Origin: Bdellovibrionales bacterium
Lineage (GTDB): Bacteria; Bdellovibrionota; Bdellovibrionia; Bdellovibrionales; Bdellovibrionaceae
Reading direction: 5' to 3'
Assembly: GCA_043732425.1 (NCBI GenBank)
Contig: JAYTHR010000211.1
Location: 1 to 36,769 of the forward strand
Length of the DNA: 36,769 nt
Both the position numbers and the translations under genes were made by a program. The notes under the pieces were generated by a model. The model was not told the DNA's origin. It did no database searches and saw only the letters and a list, made by a program, of their open reading frames with translations. How positions within the stretch are numbered: the stretch's first letter is position 1; each line of letters starts with the position of its first letter. Shown here piece after piece: positions 18,540 through 28,264 of this stretch.

Positions 18540-19412
18540 ATGAAGATTCTAATTTTTGGCGAAAATGGTCAGCTAGCCAGCGAGTTTAAAAAAATAACCC
18601 TGAACAATCGAGAGGTCCGTCAAGTGGGCCGCGTTGATGCTGACTTTAATAACCCAGATCAAGTTGTAGAAATTATTCGTGACTACAAACCGACGCATAT
18701 TATAAATGCAGTGGCTTATACGGCCGTGGACAAAGCGGAGAGTGAAAAACAGACGGCGCTTCAGGTAAATGGAATTATGCCTGGAATTATTGGCGAAGTA
18801 GCTAAGAAAATTCAAGCTTCGGTCACGCATTTTTCGACAGACTACGTGTTTGATGGAAATAAAAGGAAACCCTATGTCGAGACCGACAAAATAGATCCTG
18901 TAAATTATTATGGCCTTACGAAATCTGTTGGCGATAAAAATTTATTTGATTCAGGATGCCGCCATCAAATTTTTCGCGTTAGTTGGGTTTACGGGGCTTA
19001 CGGTCATAATTTTTTAAAAACGATGCTGAAACTGGGTCAAGAGCGAAATGAGTTAAAAATAGTTAGTGATCAAATCGGGACACCCACCGGCAGCCATGAA
19101 ATAGCTTCCGCAGTTTGGCAAATTCTAAAAGACAAGCAGCTGCCTGATAAGTGCGGAACATATCATATGACACCACTGGGTGAAACGAATTGGTACGAGT
19201 TCGCAACCTGCATTTTTGATTTAGCTGGAAAAAGACCCGAAAAATTCAAAATTATTTCTAAATCTGTACTTCCAATTAACTCCATTGAGTTTATAAGTGC
19301 TGCTAAAAGGCCGCGATTTTCCCTGATGTCTTCTGGCAAGCTTAAATCAACTTTCGGCACTGAGTTGACTGAGTGGGGTGAAAGCTTAAAACTACTTATG
19401 AATACGCTTTAA
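18540..19412 (+). CDS. rfbD: dTDP-4-dehydrorhamnose reductase
   Basis: GENGQL, AYTAVDKAESE, STDYVFDG, YGLTK, DQIGTPT, AKRP. Confidence 0.95.
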   Translation: MKILIFGENGQLASEFKKITLNNREVRQVGRVDADFNNPDQVVEIIRDYKPTHIINAVAYTAVDKAESEKQTALQVNGIMPGIIGEVAKKIQASVTHFSTDYVFDGNKRKPYVETDKIDPVNYYGLTKSVGDKNLFDSGCRHQIFRVSWVYGAYGHNFLKTMLKLGQERNELKIVSDQIGTPTGSHEIASAVWQILKDKQLPDKCGTYHMTPLGETNWYEFATCIFDLAGKRPEKFKIISKSVLPINSIEFISAAKRPRFSLMSSGKLKSTFGTELTEWGESLKLLMNTL

Positions 19413-19438
19413 AATCGACTTAATTATATCGGTTGCCT

Positions 19439-19470
19439 TTGACATTGTATCTGAGCTCAATAACTATAAT
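19439..19470 (+). promoter_or_regulatory. Perfect -35 and -10 hexamers with 20-nt spacer upstream of rfbB
   Basis: TTGACA 19439-19444, TATAAT 19465-19470, ATG 5 nt later; TGAGCTCA palindrome within the spacer. Confidence 0.5.
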
Positions 19471-19475
19471 TAATT

Positions 19476-20486
19476 ATGATCTTTGTAACAGGCGGCGCCG
19501 GCTTTATTGGCTCAAATTTTATTTTAAATTGGTTTAAAAAAAACAAAGAACCTGTGGTTAACATTGATAAATTAACTTACGCGGGGAACCAGAAAAATTT
19601 GATGAGCTTATCATCTAGCAAAAGCTATTTTTTTTCGCGAACAGATATTTGTGATACTGCCGGAGTTACTGCTTTATTCAAACAGCACAAGCCAAGAGCT
19701 ATTCTAAATTTTGCAGCAGAAAGTCATGTGGATCGTTCAATTCATGGGCCCGCCGATTTTGTGCAAACAAACATTGTTGGTACTTTTAATTTACTTCAGT
19801 GTGCAAAAGCCTACTGGACTGACCTTGGTGCCGAAGAGAAAAATAAATTCCGTTTTTTGCATGTTTCGACCGATGAGGTATATGGTAGCTTAGAATTAAA
19901 TGACCCTGCTTTCTCGGAAACAACACCCTACGCGCCAAATAGCCCTTACTCGGCGTCAAAAGCCTCTAGCGATCACTTAGTCCGAGCCTATCATCACACT
20001 TATGGTCTTCCGGTTTTGACCACGAATTGCTCCAATAATTACGGCCCTTATCAATACCCTGAAAAACTAATTCCATTAATTTTACAGAATTGCTTGAACG
20101 GAAAAGATTTACCAATTTACGGCGATGGGTCCAATATTCGTGATTGGCTTTATGTCACAGACCACTGCGAAGCCATTGCAATCGTTTTAGAAAAGGGGCG
20201 AATTGGGGAAACTTATAATATCGGCGGTTGGAATGAAAAAAAGAATATTGAAGTTGTTGAGATAATTTGTAAAACGCTGGATATTCAAAGGCCTCGCACA
20301 GATGGTAAAAGCTATCTTATTCAGAAAAAGTTTGTCAGTGATCGACTGGGCCATGATAAACGTTATGCAATTAATGCCACAAAAATTGAAAAAGAAATTG
20401 GATGGAAGCCAAAGGAAACGTTCGAGACTGGCGTCGCAAAAACCATCGGTTGGTATTTAGAAAATGAGACATGGTTTACGAAATAA
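19476..20486 (+). CDS. rfbB: dTDP-glucose 4,6-dehydratase
   Basis: VTGGAGFIGSNF, DKLTYAGN, FAAESHVDRSI, HVSTDEVYG, YSASK, RDWLYV.DH. Confidence 0.97.
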   Translation: MIFVTGGAGFIGSNFILNWFKKNKEPVVNIDKLTYAGNQKNLMSLSSSKSYFFSRTDICDTAGVTALFKQHKPRAILNFAAESHVDRSIHGPADFVQTNIVGTFNLLQCAKAYWTDLGAEEKNKFRFLHVSTDEVYGSLELNDPAFSETTPYAPNSPYSASKASSDHLVRAYHHTYGLPVLTTNCSNNYGPYQYPEKLIPLILQNCLNGKDLPIYGDGSNIRDWLYVTDHCEAIAIVLEKGRIGETYNIGGWNEKKNIEVVEIICKTLDIQRPRTDGKSYLIQKKFVSDRLGHDKRYAINATKIEKEIGWKPKETFETGVAKTIGWYLENETWFTK

Positions 20487-20501
20487 GCCATTGAAAAAAG
20501 G

Positions 20502-21383
20502 ATGAAAATGAAGGGCATAATTTTAGCTGGGGGATCGGGCACCAGACTTTACCCAGCAACTATAGCGGTTAGTAAGCAGTTGTTACCGATTTATGACAAG
20601 CCAATGATTTTTTATCCGCTTTCAACTTTGATGTTGGCCGGAATAAAAGATATTTTAATTATTTCCACACCCCAAGATACCCCGCGCTTCGAACAACTAT
20701 TAGGAGATGGAAAAAAATGGGGAATCAGTTTGTCTTATGCTACCCAGCCCTCGCCAGATGGGTTAGCTCAGGCATTTATTATCGGAGAAAGTTTTATCGG
20801 CGGTGAGCGGTGCGCCTTAATTTTAGGGGACAATATTTTTTACGGCCAGGGATTTAGTCAGTTACTTCAAGAAGCAGGTTCGAAGAAATCAGGAGCAACG
20901 GTTTTTGTCTACAAAGTACAGGATCCTGAACGGTACGGGGTAGCCGAGATAAATTCGGATATGAAGGTGGTTTCGATTGAGGAAAAACCAAAAAAGCCAA
21001 AATCTAATCTTGCAGTGACAGGACTGTATTTTTACGACGAAAAAGTTGTGGATTATGCCAAATCACTAAAACCTTCATCACGAGGCGAACTTGAAATTAC
21101 AGATTTGAATCGTTTGTACTTGGAAAAGGATAATCTTAGCGTTAAAACATTAGGCCGAGGCTTTGCGTGGCTCGATACGGGCACGCACGAAAGTCTTTTA
21201 GAGGCTAGCTTATTTATTCAGACCATAGAACATAGACAAGGATTAAAAGTGTCGGCCCCCGAAGAGGTCTCCTATCGAATGGGTTATATTACTTCGGCGC
21301 AATTGCAAAGCTTAGCTCAACCTTATATTAAAAATAAATATGGTGAATACCTTCTTCAAGTTTCGAAAGAGAATCTTACTTGA
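20502..21383 (+). CDS. rfbA: Glucose-1-phosphate thymidylyltransferase
   Basis: [54 protein letters not shown]. Confidence 0.97.
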   Translation: MKMKGIILAGGSGTRLYPATIAVSKQLLPIYDKPMIFYPLSTLMLAGIKDILIISTPQDTPRFEQLLGDGKKWGISLSYATQPSPDGLAQAFIIGESFIGGERCALILGDNIFYGQGFSQLLQEAGSKKSGATVFVYKVQDPERYGVAEINSDMKVVSIEEKPKKPKSNLAVTGLYFYDEKVVDYAKSLKPSSRGELEITDLNRLYLEKDNLSVKTLGRGFAWLDTGTHESLLEASLFIQTIEHRQGLKVSAPEEVSYRMGYITSAQLQSLAQPYIKNKYGEYLLQVSKENLT

Positions 21384-21925
21384 AAAAAATAGATACTCCG
21401 CTTAAGGATTGTTTTGTTTTTGAGCCCGTTATTCATGGAGATCCGCGAGGGTTTTTCCTTGAAAGTTTTAATCAAAAAGTTTTCAACGAGCTGACTAATA
21501 CGAATTATTCGTTTGTCCAAGACAACCACTCGTTGTCAATATTTGGGGTGCTTCGTGGACTTCACTATCAATATAATCGGCCGCAGGGTAAATTGGTGCG
21601 TGTTTTAGTCGGTAAAGTTTATGATGTCGTTGTTGATATGCGTAAAAGTTCAACTACTTTTGGCAAGTGGTATGGCGTGCATTTAAGTGCTGATAACAAA
21701 AGATTGTTATGGGTACCACCAGGCTTTGCACATGGGTTTGTTACCTTGTCAAAACAGGCAGAATTTTTTTACAAAACTACTGAATACTACACGCCGGCTG
21801 ACGAAAAGATTCTAATTTGGAATGATCCCGATTTAGCAATTGACTGGAAATTGGGCGAGCAACCAACGCTGTCTGCGAAAGATTTGAATGGTTCGTCATT
21901 TAAATACTTAGATTATTATGACTAG
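21380..21925 (+). CDS. rfbC: dTDP-4-dehydrorhamnose 3,5-epimerase
   Basis: [39 protein letters not shown]; TTG start overlapping the rfbA stop. Confidence 0.96.
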   Translation: MKKIDTPLKDCFVFEPVIHGDPRGFFLESFNQKVFNELTNTNYSFVQDNHSLSIFGVLRGLHYQYNRPQGKLVRVLVGKVYDVVVDMRKSSTTFGKWYGVHLSADNKRLLWVPPGFAHGFVTLSKQAEFFYKTTEYYTPADEKILIWNDPDLAIDWKLGEQPTLSAKDLNGSSFKYLDYYD

Positions 21926-22025
21926 TTTCAGCCCGCGAAACAGCACCGTTTATCTTGCATTTTTTCATACTAACATTGTAATGTTGTGCTTTTCTTAGAA
22001 TTTCAACATCAACAACAAGGGCTGC

Positions 22026-23057
22026 ATGAAGAAAGCATTTATCACTGGAGTTACAGGCCAAGATGGTTCTTATCTAGCCGAGCTCCTGCTCGAAAAAGGT
22101 TATGAAGTCCACGCTATCTTAAGACGTTCGTCAGTTTTTACTACAGCTCGGATTGAACATCTTATGGATAACCCACTGTTCAAGACATATCACGGTGATC
22201 TAACAGATTCGAGCAACCTTCACACTTTACTTTTAAAAATTCAGCCCGATGAGGTGTATAATTTGGGAGCCCAGTCCCACGTCGCGGTTTCATTTGAGGT
22301 TCCCGAATACACGGCAGAGGTTGATGCTGTTGGGACAATTCGACTATTGAATGCGATAAAGGATCTTGGAATTAAAACAAAGTTTTACCAAGCATCGACA
22401 TCGGAGCTTTACGGGGGGCTACCTGATACTGCGCCACAATCGGAATCTACACCATTTTATCCAAAATCGCCCTATGGTGCGGCGAAACTTTATGCGTATT
22501 GGGTGACAGTTAACTATCGCGAATCTTATGGATTGTTCGCTTGCAATGGAATTTTATTTAATCATGAGTCACCGCGACGTGGTGAAACATTTGTAACAAA
22601 AAAAATTACCAAGGCAGTAGCCAAGATAAAAAAACAGCAGCAGCAAGTAATAAATTTAGGAAATTTGGATGCTAAGCGCGACTGGGGGCACGCAAAAGAT
22701 TATGTTCAAGCAATGTGGATGATGTTGCAATGCCCAGAGCCTAAAGATTACGTTGTTGCCACTGGGAAAGTTTATACTGTTCGTGAATTCGTTGAGATGG
22801 CCTTCGCAGAGGTTGAAATTAAAATACGTTGGGAAGGTTCTGGAGTTAGTGAAAAAGGGTATGATGATTTAACAAATGTACTGAGGGTACAAATCGATCC
22901 GAAGTATTACCGGCCAGCGGAGGTCGAGTTTTTATGGGGTAATCCAGAAAAAATAAGACGGGAATTGGGTTGGACACCAAAGGTTGACATTAAACAACTC
23001 ATTTCTGAAATGGTTAGGTACGATCTAAAATTTGATTCTTATGGTGGGCAAACATGA
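22026..23057 (+). CDS. gmd: GDP-mannose 4,6-dehydratase
   Basis: [67 protein letters not shown]. Confidence 0.97.
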   Translation: MKKAFITGVTGQDGSYLAELLLEKGYEVHAILRRSSVFTTARIEHLMDNPLFKTYHGDLTDSSNLHTLLLKIQPDEVYNLGAQSHVAVSFEVPEYTAEVDAVGTIRLLNAIKDLGIKTKFYQASTSELYGGLPDTAPQSESTPFYPKSPYGAAKLYAYWVTVNYRESYGLFACNGILFNHESPRRGETFVTKKITKAVAKIKKQQQQVINLGNLDAKRDWGHAKDYVQAMWMMLQCPEPKDYVVATGKVYTVREFVEMAFAEVEIKIRWEGSGVSEKGYDDLTNVLRVQIDPKYYRPAEVEFLWGNPEKIRRELGWTPKVDIKQLISEMVRYDLKFDSYGGQT

Positions 23058-23968
23058 TTTTAGTTTTAGGCGCTACTGGCTTTTTAGGAAAGCGTGTCTG
23101 TAAATTGCTAGAGTCCCAAAACACAGAATTTGAAAGAACGTCCTTATCTTTAGGACTTGACCTTCGAGACCAAAGCGCGACCCTTAGCCATTTCAAAAAA
23201 ATAAAGCCCCAGTACATCTTGAATTGTGCATCCTTCGTTGGTGGAATTCAATTTGGATATAAGTATCCAGCAGATCTCTATAAAAATAATTCTGAAATGA
23301 TCAACAACTTATTTTTCGCGGCGAAAGAAGTTGGTGTGCAGCGTGTAGTAAATCCTATTTCCAACTGCGTTTATCCTGCAGCCGCAACTTTATTTAAAGA
23401 AGAAGAAATTTGGGATGGACCATTACATGAATCCGTGTTGGTATATGGCCTTATCCGGAAAGCTTCATGGCTTGCATCTTGGGCCTATTCAAAACAACAC
23501 AACTTAGACACTGTGAATATTGTTCTGTCAAATATGTATGGGCCCGAGGATCATTTCGAAGAAGAAAGATCCCATGCGCTTGGTGCCTTGATCATGAAAA
23601 TTGTAAAAGCCAAACGCGAAAACTTAAATCAAGTTATCGTCTGGGGAACCGGTTCTCCAGTACGCGAGTGGTTGCATGTAGATGACGGAGCAGTGGCTAT
23701 GATAAAGGCAATGGGAATAGAACCCAACGCGAACTTTATAAATATTGGCGTAGCCAGTGGAATTTCCATACGAGACTTAGCTGAAATGATAAAGTCTATT
23801 GTAGGTTATCGCGGTGATCTTTTTTTTGATACTTCAAAACCCGATGGTGCTGCCTATAAAACAGTTGATGGTTCGCGCGGTGCTAAGTTGCTTGGATGGC
23901 AGCCGACACTAGATTTAAGAAGCGGAATAGTCTCAACAATTGAATGGTATACTCAGAATGTCCGCTAA
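23054..23968 (+). CDS. GDP-L-fucose synthase-like (Fcl/WcaG family) SDR with atypical YxxxR
   Basis: [50 protein letters not shown]; catalytic motif reads YGLIRK. Confidence 0.8.
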   Translation: MILVLGATGFLGKRVCKLLESQNTEFERTSLSLGLDLRDQSATLSHFKKIKPQYILNCASFVGGIQFGYKYPADLYKNNSEMINNLFFAAKEVGVQRVVNPISNCVYPAAATLFKEEEIWDGPLHESVLVYGLIRKASWLASWAYSKQHNLDTVNIVLSNMYGPEDHFEEERSHALGALIMKIVKAKRENLNQVIVWGTGSPVREWLHVDDGAVAMIKAMGIEPNANFINIGVASGISIRDLAEMIKSIVGYRGDLFFDTSKPDGAAYKTVDGSRGAKLLGWQPTLDLRSGIVSTIEWYTQNVR

Positions 23969-24521
23969 TATTTTTTTTGATCTTTCAAAGTTAAAGTCTA
24001 TTGGAAGTAACGTTATTATTGGCAAGACGGTGCGCATACGTTATCCCGAATTGGTCGAAATTGGTGACAATGTTATCATCGATGATTTTAGTTATATTTC
24101 GACAGCTTTAAAAATTGAATCGTTTGTTCACATTGCATCGGGTGCGAAAATTATTGGTGGACGGGAGTGCCTGGTTCATTTTCGATCGTTTTCGACTATA
24201 GCTCCGCAAGTGGTGCTTGCTGCGGGAAGTGACGATTATATGGCGGGTTTAGCAACGCCCCTAGTGGATGAAGAATTTAAAGGTCGGGTTGAATACGGCA
24301 CCATCGAAATTGGAACTCACTGCATTGTTGGGTCCGGGTCGGTGGTTATGCCGAATGTTAAATTCGGACCAGGATCGTCTCTCGGAGCCTTGTCTTTGGC
24401 GAAAAAAGATTTAAGGCCATGGGGGCTGTATGCAGGAATACCGGCAAAGTTTATTAAGGATCGAGATCAAAAGACAATTTTGAATTTGGAAAAACAATTC
24501 TTAGAAAAAAGGAATAATTGA
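23958..24521 (+). CDS. Hexapeptide-repeat acyltransferase, VioB-like amino-sugar N-acyltransferase
   Basis: Left-handed beta-helix repeats (IGSNVII, IGDNVIIDDF, VHIASG), SDDY.AGLA.P, IG.HCIVG.GSVVMP, YAGIPAK. Confidence 0.75.
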   Translation: MSANIFFDLSKLKSIGSNVIIGKTVRIRYPELVEIGDNVIIDDFSYISTALKIESFVHIASGAKIIGGRECLVHFRSFSTIAPQVVLAAGSDDYMAGLATPLVDEEFKGRVEYGTIEIGTHCIVGSGSVVMPNVKFGPGSSLGALSLAKKDLRPWGLYAGIPAKFIKDRDQKTILNLEKQFLEKRNN

Positions 24522-24923
24522 ATGAAAGAATTTTTGGATGGCGAATTAGTTGTAGCACGTCACGTTTCCAGCGAAGAAGTTTGGAGTGGTGGCCTGAATT
24601 TCTTTTCTAAGGATTCTGATTTTATTCAAGTTGGGTCGTGGGGATATGATAAAGGAAAGAATTTATTAGCCCATATTCATAATGAGGTGAAACGTGAAGT
24701 TTTGTGGACTCAAGAAGTAATTTATGTTCGGAAAGGTTCGATTACGGCTCACATTTTTGATACCAAAGAGCAGAAAATAGCGGACCAAATTGTATCTGAA
24801 GGTGACGTCATCATTCTACTTCGCGGAGGTCACGGCTACACTATAAACGAAAATGGAACGCAGGTTCTTGAGGTTAAAAACGGTCCTTATGTAGGTGCCG
24901 ACTTAGATCGCAGGCGATTTTAA
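24522..24923 (+). CDS. Small cupin-fold protein of unknown function
   Basis: Metal-binding cupin pattern AHIH...TQEVIYVRKG...GDVIILL.GGHG...EVKNGPY. Confidence 0.7.
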   Translation: MKEFLDGELVVARHVSSEEVWSGGLNFFSKDSDFIQVGSWGYDKGKNLLAHIHNEVKREVLWTQEVIYVRKGSITAHIFDTKEQKIADQIVSEGDVIILLRGGHGYTINENGTQVLEVKNGPYVGADLDRRRF

Positions 24924-24982
24924 CTTCTGCAATAGTCTCTAAAACCATGTCTTCAAAATAAAAGTCTAAAAGTGAGGTTTTT

Positions 24983-26080
24983 ATGGAATTTATAATGCAA
25001 ATGCAGCCCTGGTTTGGTGAAGAAGAGAAACGCTCTATTCGAGAATACCTAGATGAAAATGGCTTCATGACTGAATTTAAGCGAACTGAAAAATTTGAAA
25101 TGATGATAGCCGAATTTACTCAAGCGAAGCATTGCATCGTAGTCAATAATGGAACCATTAGTTTAACATTAGCAGCATTGGCATTGGGTCTAAAACATGG
25201 TGATGAAGTTATTGTTCCTAATTATACGATGGTGGCCACACCAAATTCTGTGCAGATGATTGGCGCCGTCCCTGTATTTGTTGATGTCGAGCCAGAAACC
25301 CTTTGTATGGATATTGAGATCGCAAAAAAGGCTATAACATCGAAAACAAAAGCGATAATTTTGGTTTCAGCAAATGGTCGCTATCCAAAGGTTGGGATCA
25401 AAGCGTTTGTTGATTTGTGCAAGTTACATAACATTTCTTTAATTGAAGACTCAGCTCAATCCTTGGGTTCTTATGATTCAAGCGGTCGACACGTCGGAAC
25501 ATTCGGGCAAATTGGTAGTTTTTCATTTTCAGCACCGAAAATTATTTCAACCGGCCAAGGTGGATGCTTAATTACGAATGATGATGATCTTGCATTTAAG
25601 CTACGGCGTTTAAAAGATTTTGGTCGATCAGGGGGTGGTAACGATGTCCACGATTGGATTGGTTACAATTTTAAATTTACAGAACTGCAAGCCTGTTTAG
25701 GGATAGAACAAATGAAGAAGTTGCCAAGCCGGGTACTACGAAAAAAAGAAATCTCAAGGCGCTACATTGAAAAACTCAGTGAGGTGAATGGAATTAAGTT
25801 ATTTAGGCATGATTTGGAAATAACGGTTCCGTGGTTTATAGATTGTTTGGCTGATGATCGAGCCGGACTACAGAATTATTTAAAGACTAAAAATGTAGGC
25901 ACGAGAATAATGTATCCGCCAATAAATAAACAGAAAGCATATAATTTGCCGGAAAATCACCCTGTTTCTAACCTCATTGGCGAAAAGGGATTGTGGCTTC
26001 CCTCATCGAATCAATTGTCTGATAGTGAAGTTGATTATATCACCTCAGCAATTTCTGAATTCTACGGGTTAAGAAAATAA
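24983..26080 (+). CDS. DegT/DnrJ/EryC1/StrS PLP-dependent sugar aminotransferase
   Basis: NNGT.SL, GDEVIVP, PVFVDV, IEDSAQSLG, FSF.APKII.TG.GG (PLP Lys present), GYNFK, GLWLPS. Confidence 0.93.
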   Translation: MEFIMQMQPWFGEEEKRSIREYLDENGFMTEFKRTEKFEMMIAEFTQAKHCIVVNNGTISLTLAALALGLKHGDEVIVPNYTMVATPNSVQMIGAVPVFVDVEPETLCMDIEIAKKAITSKTKAIILVSANGRYPKVGIKAFVDLCKLHNISLIEDSAQSLGSYDSSGRHVGTFGQIGSFSFSAPKIISTGQGGCLITNDDDLAFKLRRLKDFGRSGGGNDVHDWIGYNFKFTELQACLGIEQMKKLPSRVLRKKEISRRYIEKLSEVNGIKLFRHDLEITVPWFIDCLADDRAGLQNYLKTKNVGTRIMYPPINKQKAYNLPENHPVSNLIGEKGLWLPSSNQLSDSEVDYITSAISEFYGLRK

Positions 26081-26877
26081 TGTCGATGGGGAATGCGGAT
26101 ATTGCGGTTGTCGTGTTGTCATGTGACAAATATTCGGACTTGTGGAAACCCTTTTTTACTCTATTTGAAAAGCATTGGTCTTCTTGTCCCTTTTCTGTTT
26201 ATTTGTTAGCGAATCAGAAAACAATGCCTCATTCAAAGTATCAAACTATATTGTCTGGCATAGACATAGATTGGTCCTCAAGTTTCAAAAAACAATTGGA
26301 ACAGGTCAGTGAGCCCTATGTACTGGTACTGTTTGACGACGCCCTTATTTCGGAAAACGTAAAAAGTGAAAGCGTCGTAAAATTAAAAAAAATCATTAGT
26401 ACATACCGGCCAGACTATTTCCGTTTTCGTCCCTATCCCGTACCAAAAAAATGGATTGAAGAAAACGTCGGCCGATTTGAAGTAAAAGAGCCTTATCGAA
26501 CGGCACTATTTGCCGTGTGGAAAAAAGATGTGCTTTTGGATCTGCTAGTGCGAGGCGAATCTGCGTGGCAATTTGAAATGCAAAGTGTTCCTCGCTCGGA
26601 AAAGTACAAGGACTTTTTGGGTACGAACTACCAATTCTTCAGTTATATTCATGGAATCGAAAAAGGTCTTTGGTTAAGACCCGCGGTTCGATTCTTGAGC
26701 AAAGCAGGGGTGCCTGTTGACCTTGGCTACCGCAGGCAGATGAACCAAATAGAAGCTTTGCAAAGTCGCATCAAGTGGATCCGTGGTCTGATCTACATTA
26801 AAACACCACTATTCCTGCAAAATAAATTGATTTTTCTTTCGGCCCTAATTCGTCAACACATTTGGTCCAAGTGGTAA
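26080..26877 (+). CDS. Putative glycosyltransferase, family not recognised
   Basis: GT-A-like pattern: N-terminal strand VVVLSCDKY.DLW, YVLVLFDD acidic motif, AVWKK..L, ESAWQFE; sits between the sugar pathway and the flippase. Confidence 0.55.
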   Translation: MSMGNADIAVVVLSCDKYSDLWKPFFTLFEKHWSSCPFSVYLLANQKTMPHSKYQTILSGIDIDWSSSFKKQLEQVSEPYVLVLFDDALISENVKSESVVKLKKIISTYRPDYFRFRPYPVPKKWIEENVGRFEVKEPYRTALFAVWKKDVLLDLLVRGESAWQFEMQSVPRSEKYKDFLGTNYQFFSYIHGIEKGLWLRPAVRFLSKAGVPVDLGYRRQMNQIEALQSRIKWIRGLIYIKTPLFLQNKLIFLSALIRQHIWSKW

Positions 26878-28166
26878 TTGAAAGTATTAAAGGATTGATT
26901 ATTAATCATAGGCAGCGAGTAGGAAACTTACTTTCTTCCATTGTTTTTAAAATTTTAACTTCACTAGTTTACCTAATTGCTATTCCAGTTTTTATTAGAA
27001 CGCGAGGCGAGTCGTCGTACGCAATCATTGCCATCTTTTTGACAATTCATGGATTTATAGCGTTGTTAGATGCAGGTTTTTCGTATGCGCTAGGTTATCG
27101 ATATACCCGGGCTCTCGCAAAATCAGATCCGGAGCGACATTTCATTTTTGATAGTGGATTTAGCTTTTATGCTCTGTTGTGCGCGGTAATCGGAGTTACC
27201 GGATATTTCTTTCTTGAACGTATTTCATTATTTATTTTTGGATCTGGCATTTTTCATTTCGAAGTTTATATTTTTTTAATATCGATAATGTTTTTAGTTC
27301 TGTCCTCGTATTTTGTAATTGGATTGCAGGCTCATGAAAAACTTTTTCATATGAATTTAGATCGCTTCGTGTTGGATTTAACGAAGGGCCTCGGGCTTTT
27401 GATCATAATTCAAATAAAGACTGCGAATACCACATTCGTTTATTTTTTATTAGTTGGTTCACTTTTAAAGTTAGTAATGGATTTTTATTTTTTCACTCGT
27501 ATCCATTCTTTCCGTCCAAGATTAAGTATGGAGCAACTTAAAGCTAATCTTAAAATTGGATGGGTATCAATAATCACTTCGATTTTGTCTTTTGTTTTGG
27601 TTATGGGAGATAAAGTTTTTGTCATCGAAAAAATTTCGAAGGATATATTTGGTTCTTATTCTTTCGCAGTAGATCTAAATGCACGAGCTTATTTCTTAAT
27701 CTATGCTGTTTTTTCGACGGTGTATCCAATCATGATAAAAGCAGAGGCGACTGGTAGAAGTATGAAGAAAGTTTTGTTACTGAGTTTCTTCGGGATTTTA
27801 GGTGTGACTTGCATTTATTATCTACCTCTTTTTATTTTTGCGAAAGAAATTGTAAAGTTTTTCGTAGATAAAAATTTGAATCCAATCGTGATTACTCTGA
27901 TTAGAATTTTTGGCATTGCGGCCGTCGGATATATGGTCTTTGGTTTAACTGAAATTTATCTCAATTCGGTTGGAAGGGCCAAGTACGTGCTTTTGTGCTA
28001 TATAGGTGCTGTGGTTATTTTCTTTTTTATGATTTCGAAAATGATTGAATCGCAAGGAGTCGTTGGTGCAGCAATAACTTTTGCTAGCGTTAATTGTTTC
28101 CTAGCCTTGTTTGGGATAATTTTTTCAGTTATTCATTTCAAATCAACAAAAAAGTCGATTGCTTGA
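26871..28166 (+). CDS. wzx: Wzx-like oligosaccharide flippase
   Basis: About 12 hydrophobic segments, G...Y, DAGF, DK...I...FGSYS, GVVGAA patterns of MOP/PST flippases; start uncertain (TTG 26862 or GTG 26871). Confidence 0.78.
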   Translation: MVIESIKGLIINHRQRVGNLLSSIVFKILTSLVYLIAIPVFIRTRGESSYAIIAIFLTIHGFIALLDAGFSYALGYRYTRALAKSDPERHFIFDSGFSFYALLCAVIGVTGYFFLERISLFIFGSGIFHFEVYIFLISIMFLVLSSYFVIGLQAHEKLFHMNLDRFVLDLTKGLGLLIIIQIKTANTTFVYFLLVGSLLKLVMDFYFFTRIHSFRPRLSMEQLKANLKIGWVSIITSILSFVLVMGDKVFVIEKISKDIFGSYSFAVDLNARAYFLIYAVFSTVYPIMIKAEATGRSMKKVLLLSFFGILGVTCIYYLPLFIFAKEIVKFFVDKNLNPIVITLIRIFGIAAVGYMVFGLTEIYLNSVGRAKYVLLCYIGAVVIFFFMISKMIESQGVVGAAITFASVNCFLALFGIIFSVIHFKSTKKSIA

Positions 28167-28264
28167 TTTCTTTATTTTAGCTAACCAGCTCCCAGCCGGG
28201 CCAGGAATTTATGTTCGAGTTCCAAGAGGTGCTTAGGAACAGGGAAACAAGCTATAAAAGTTAG

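Noticed and set aside
22026-26080. GDP-colitose pathway (gmd, colD, colC)
   Set aside because: The PLP enzyme keeps the active-site Lys (APKII); ColD has His there.
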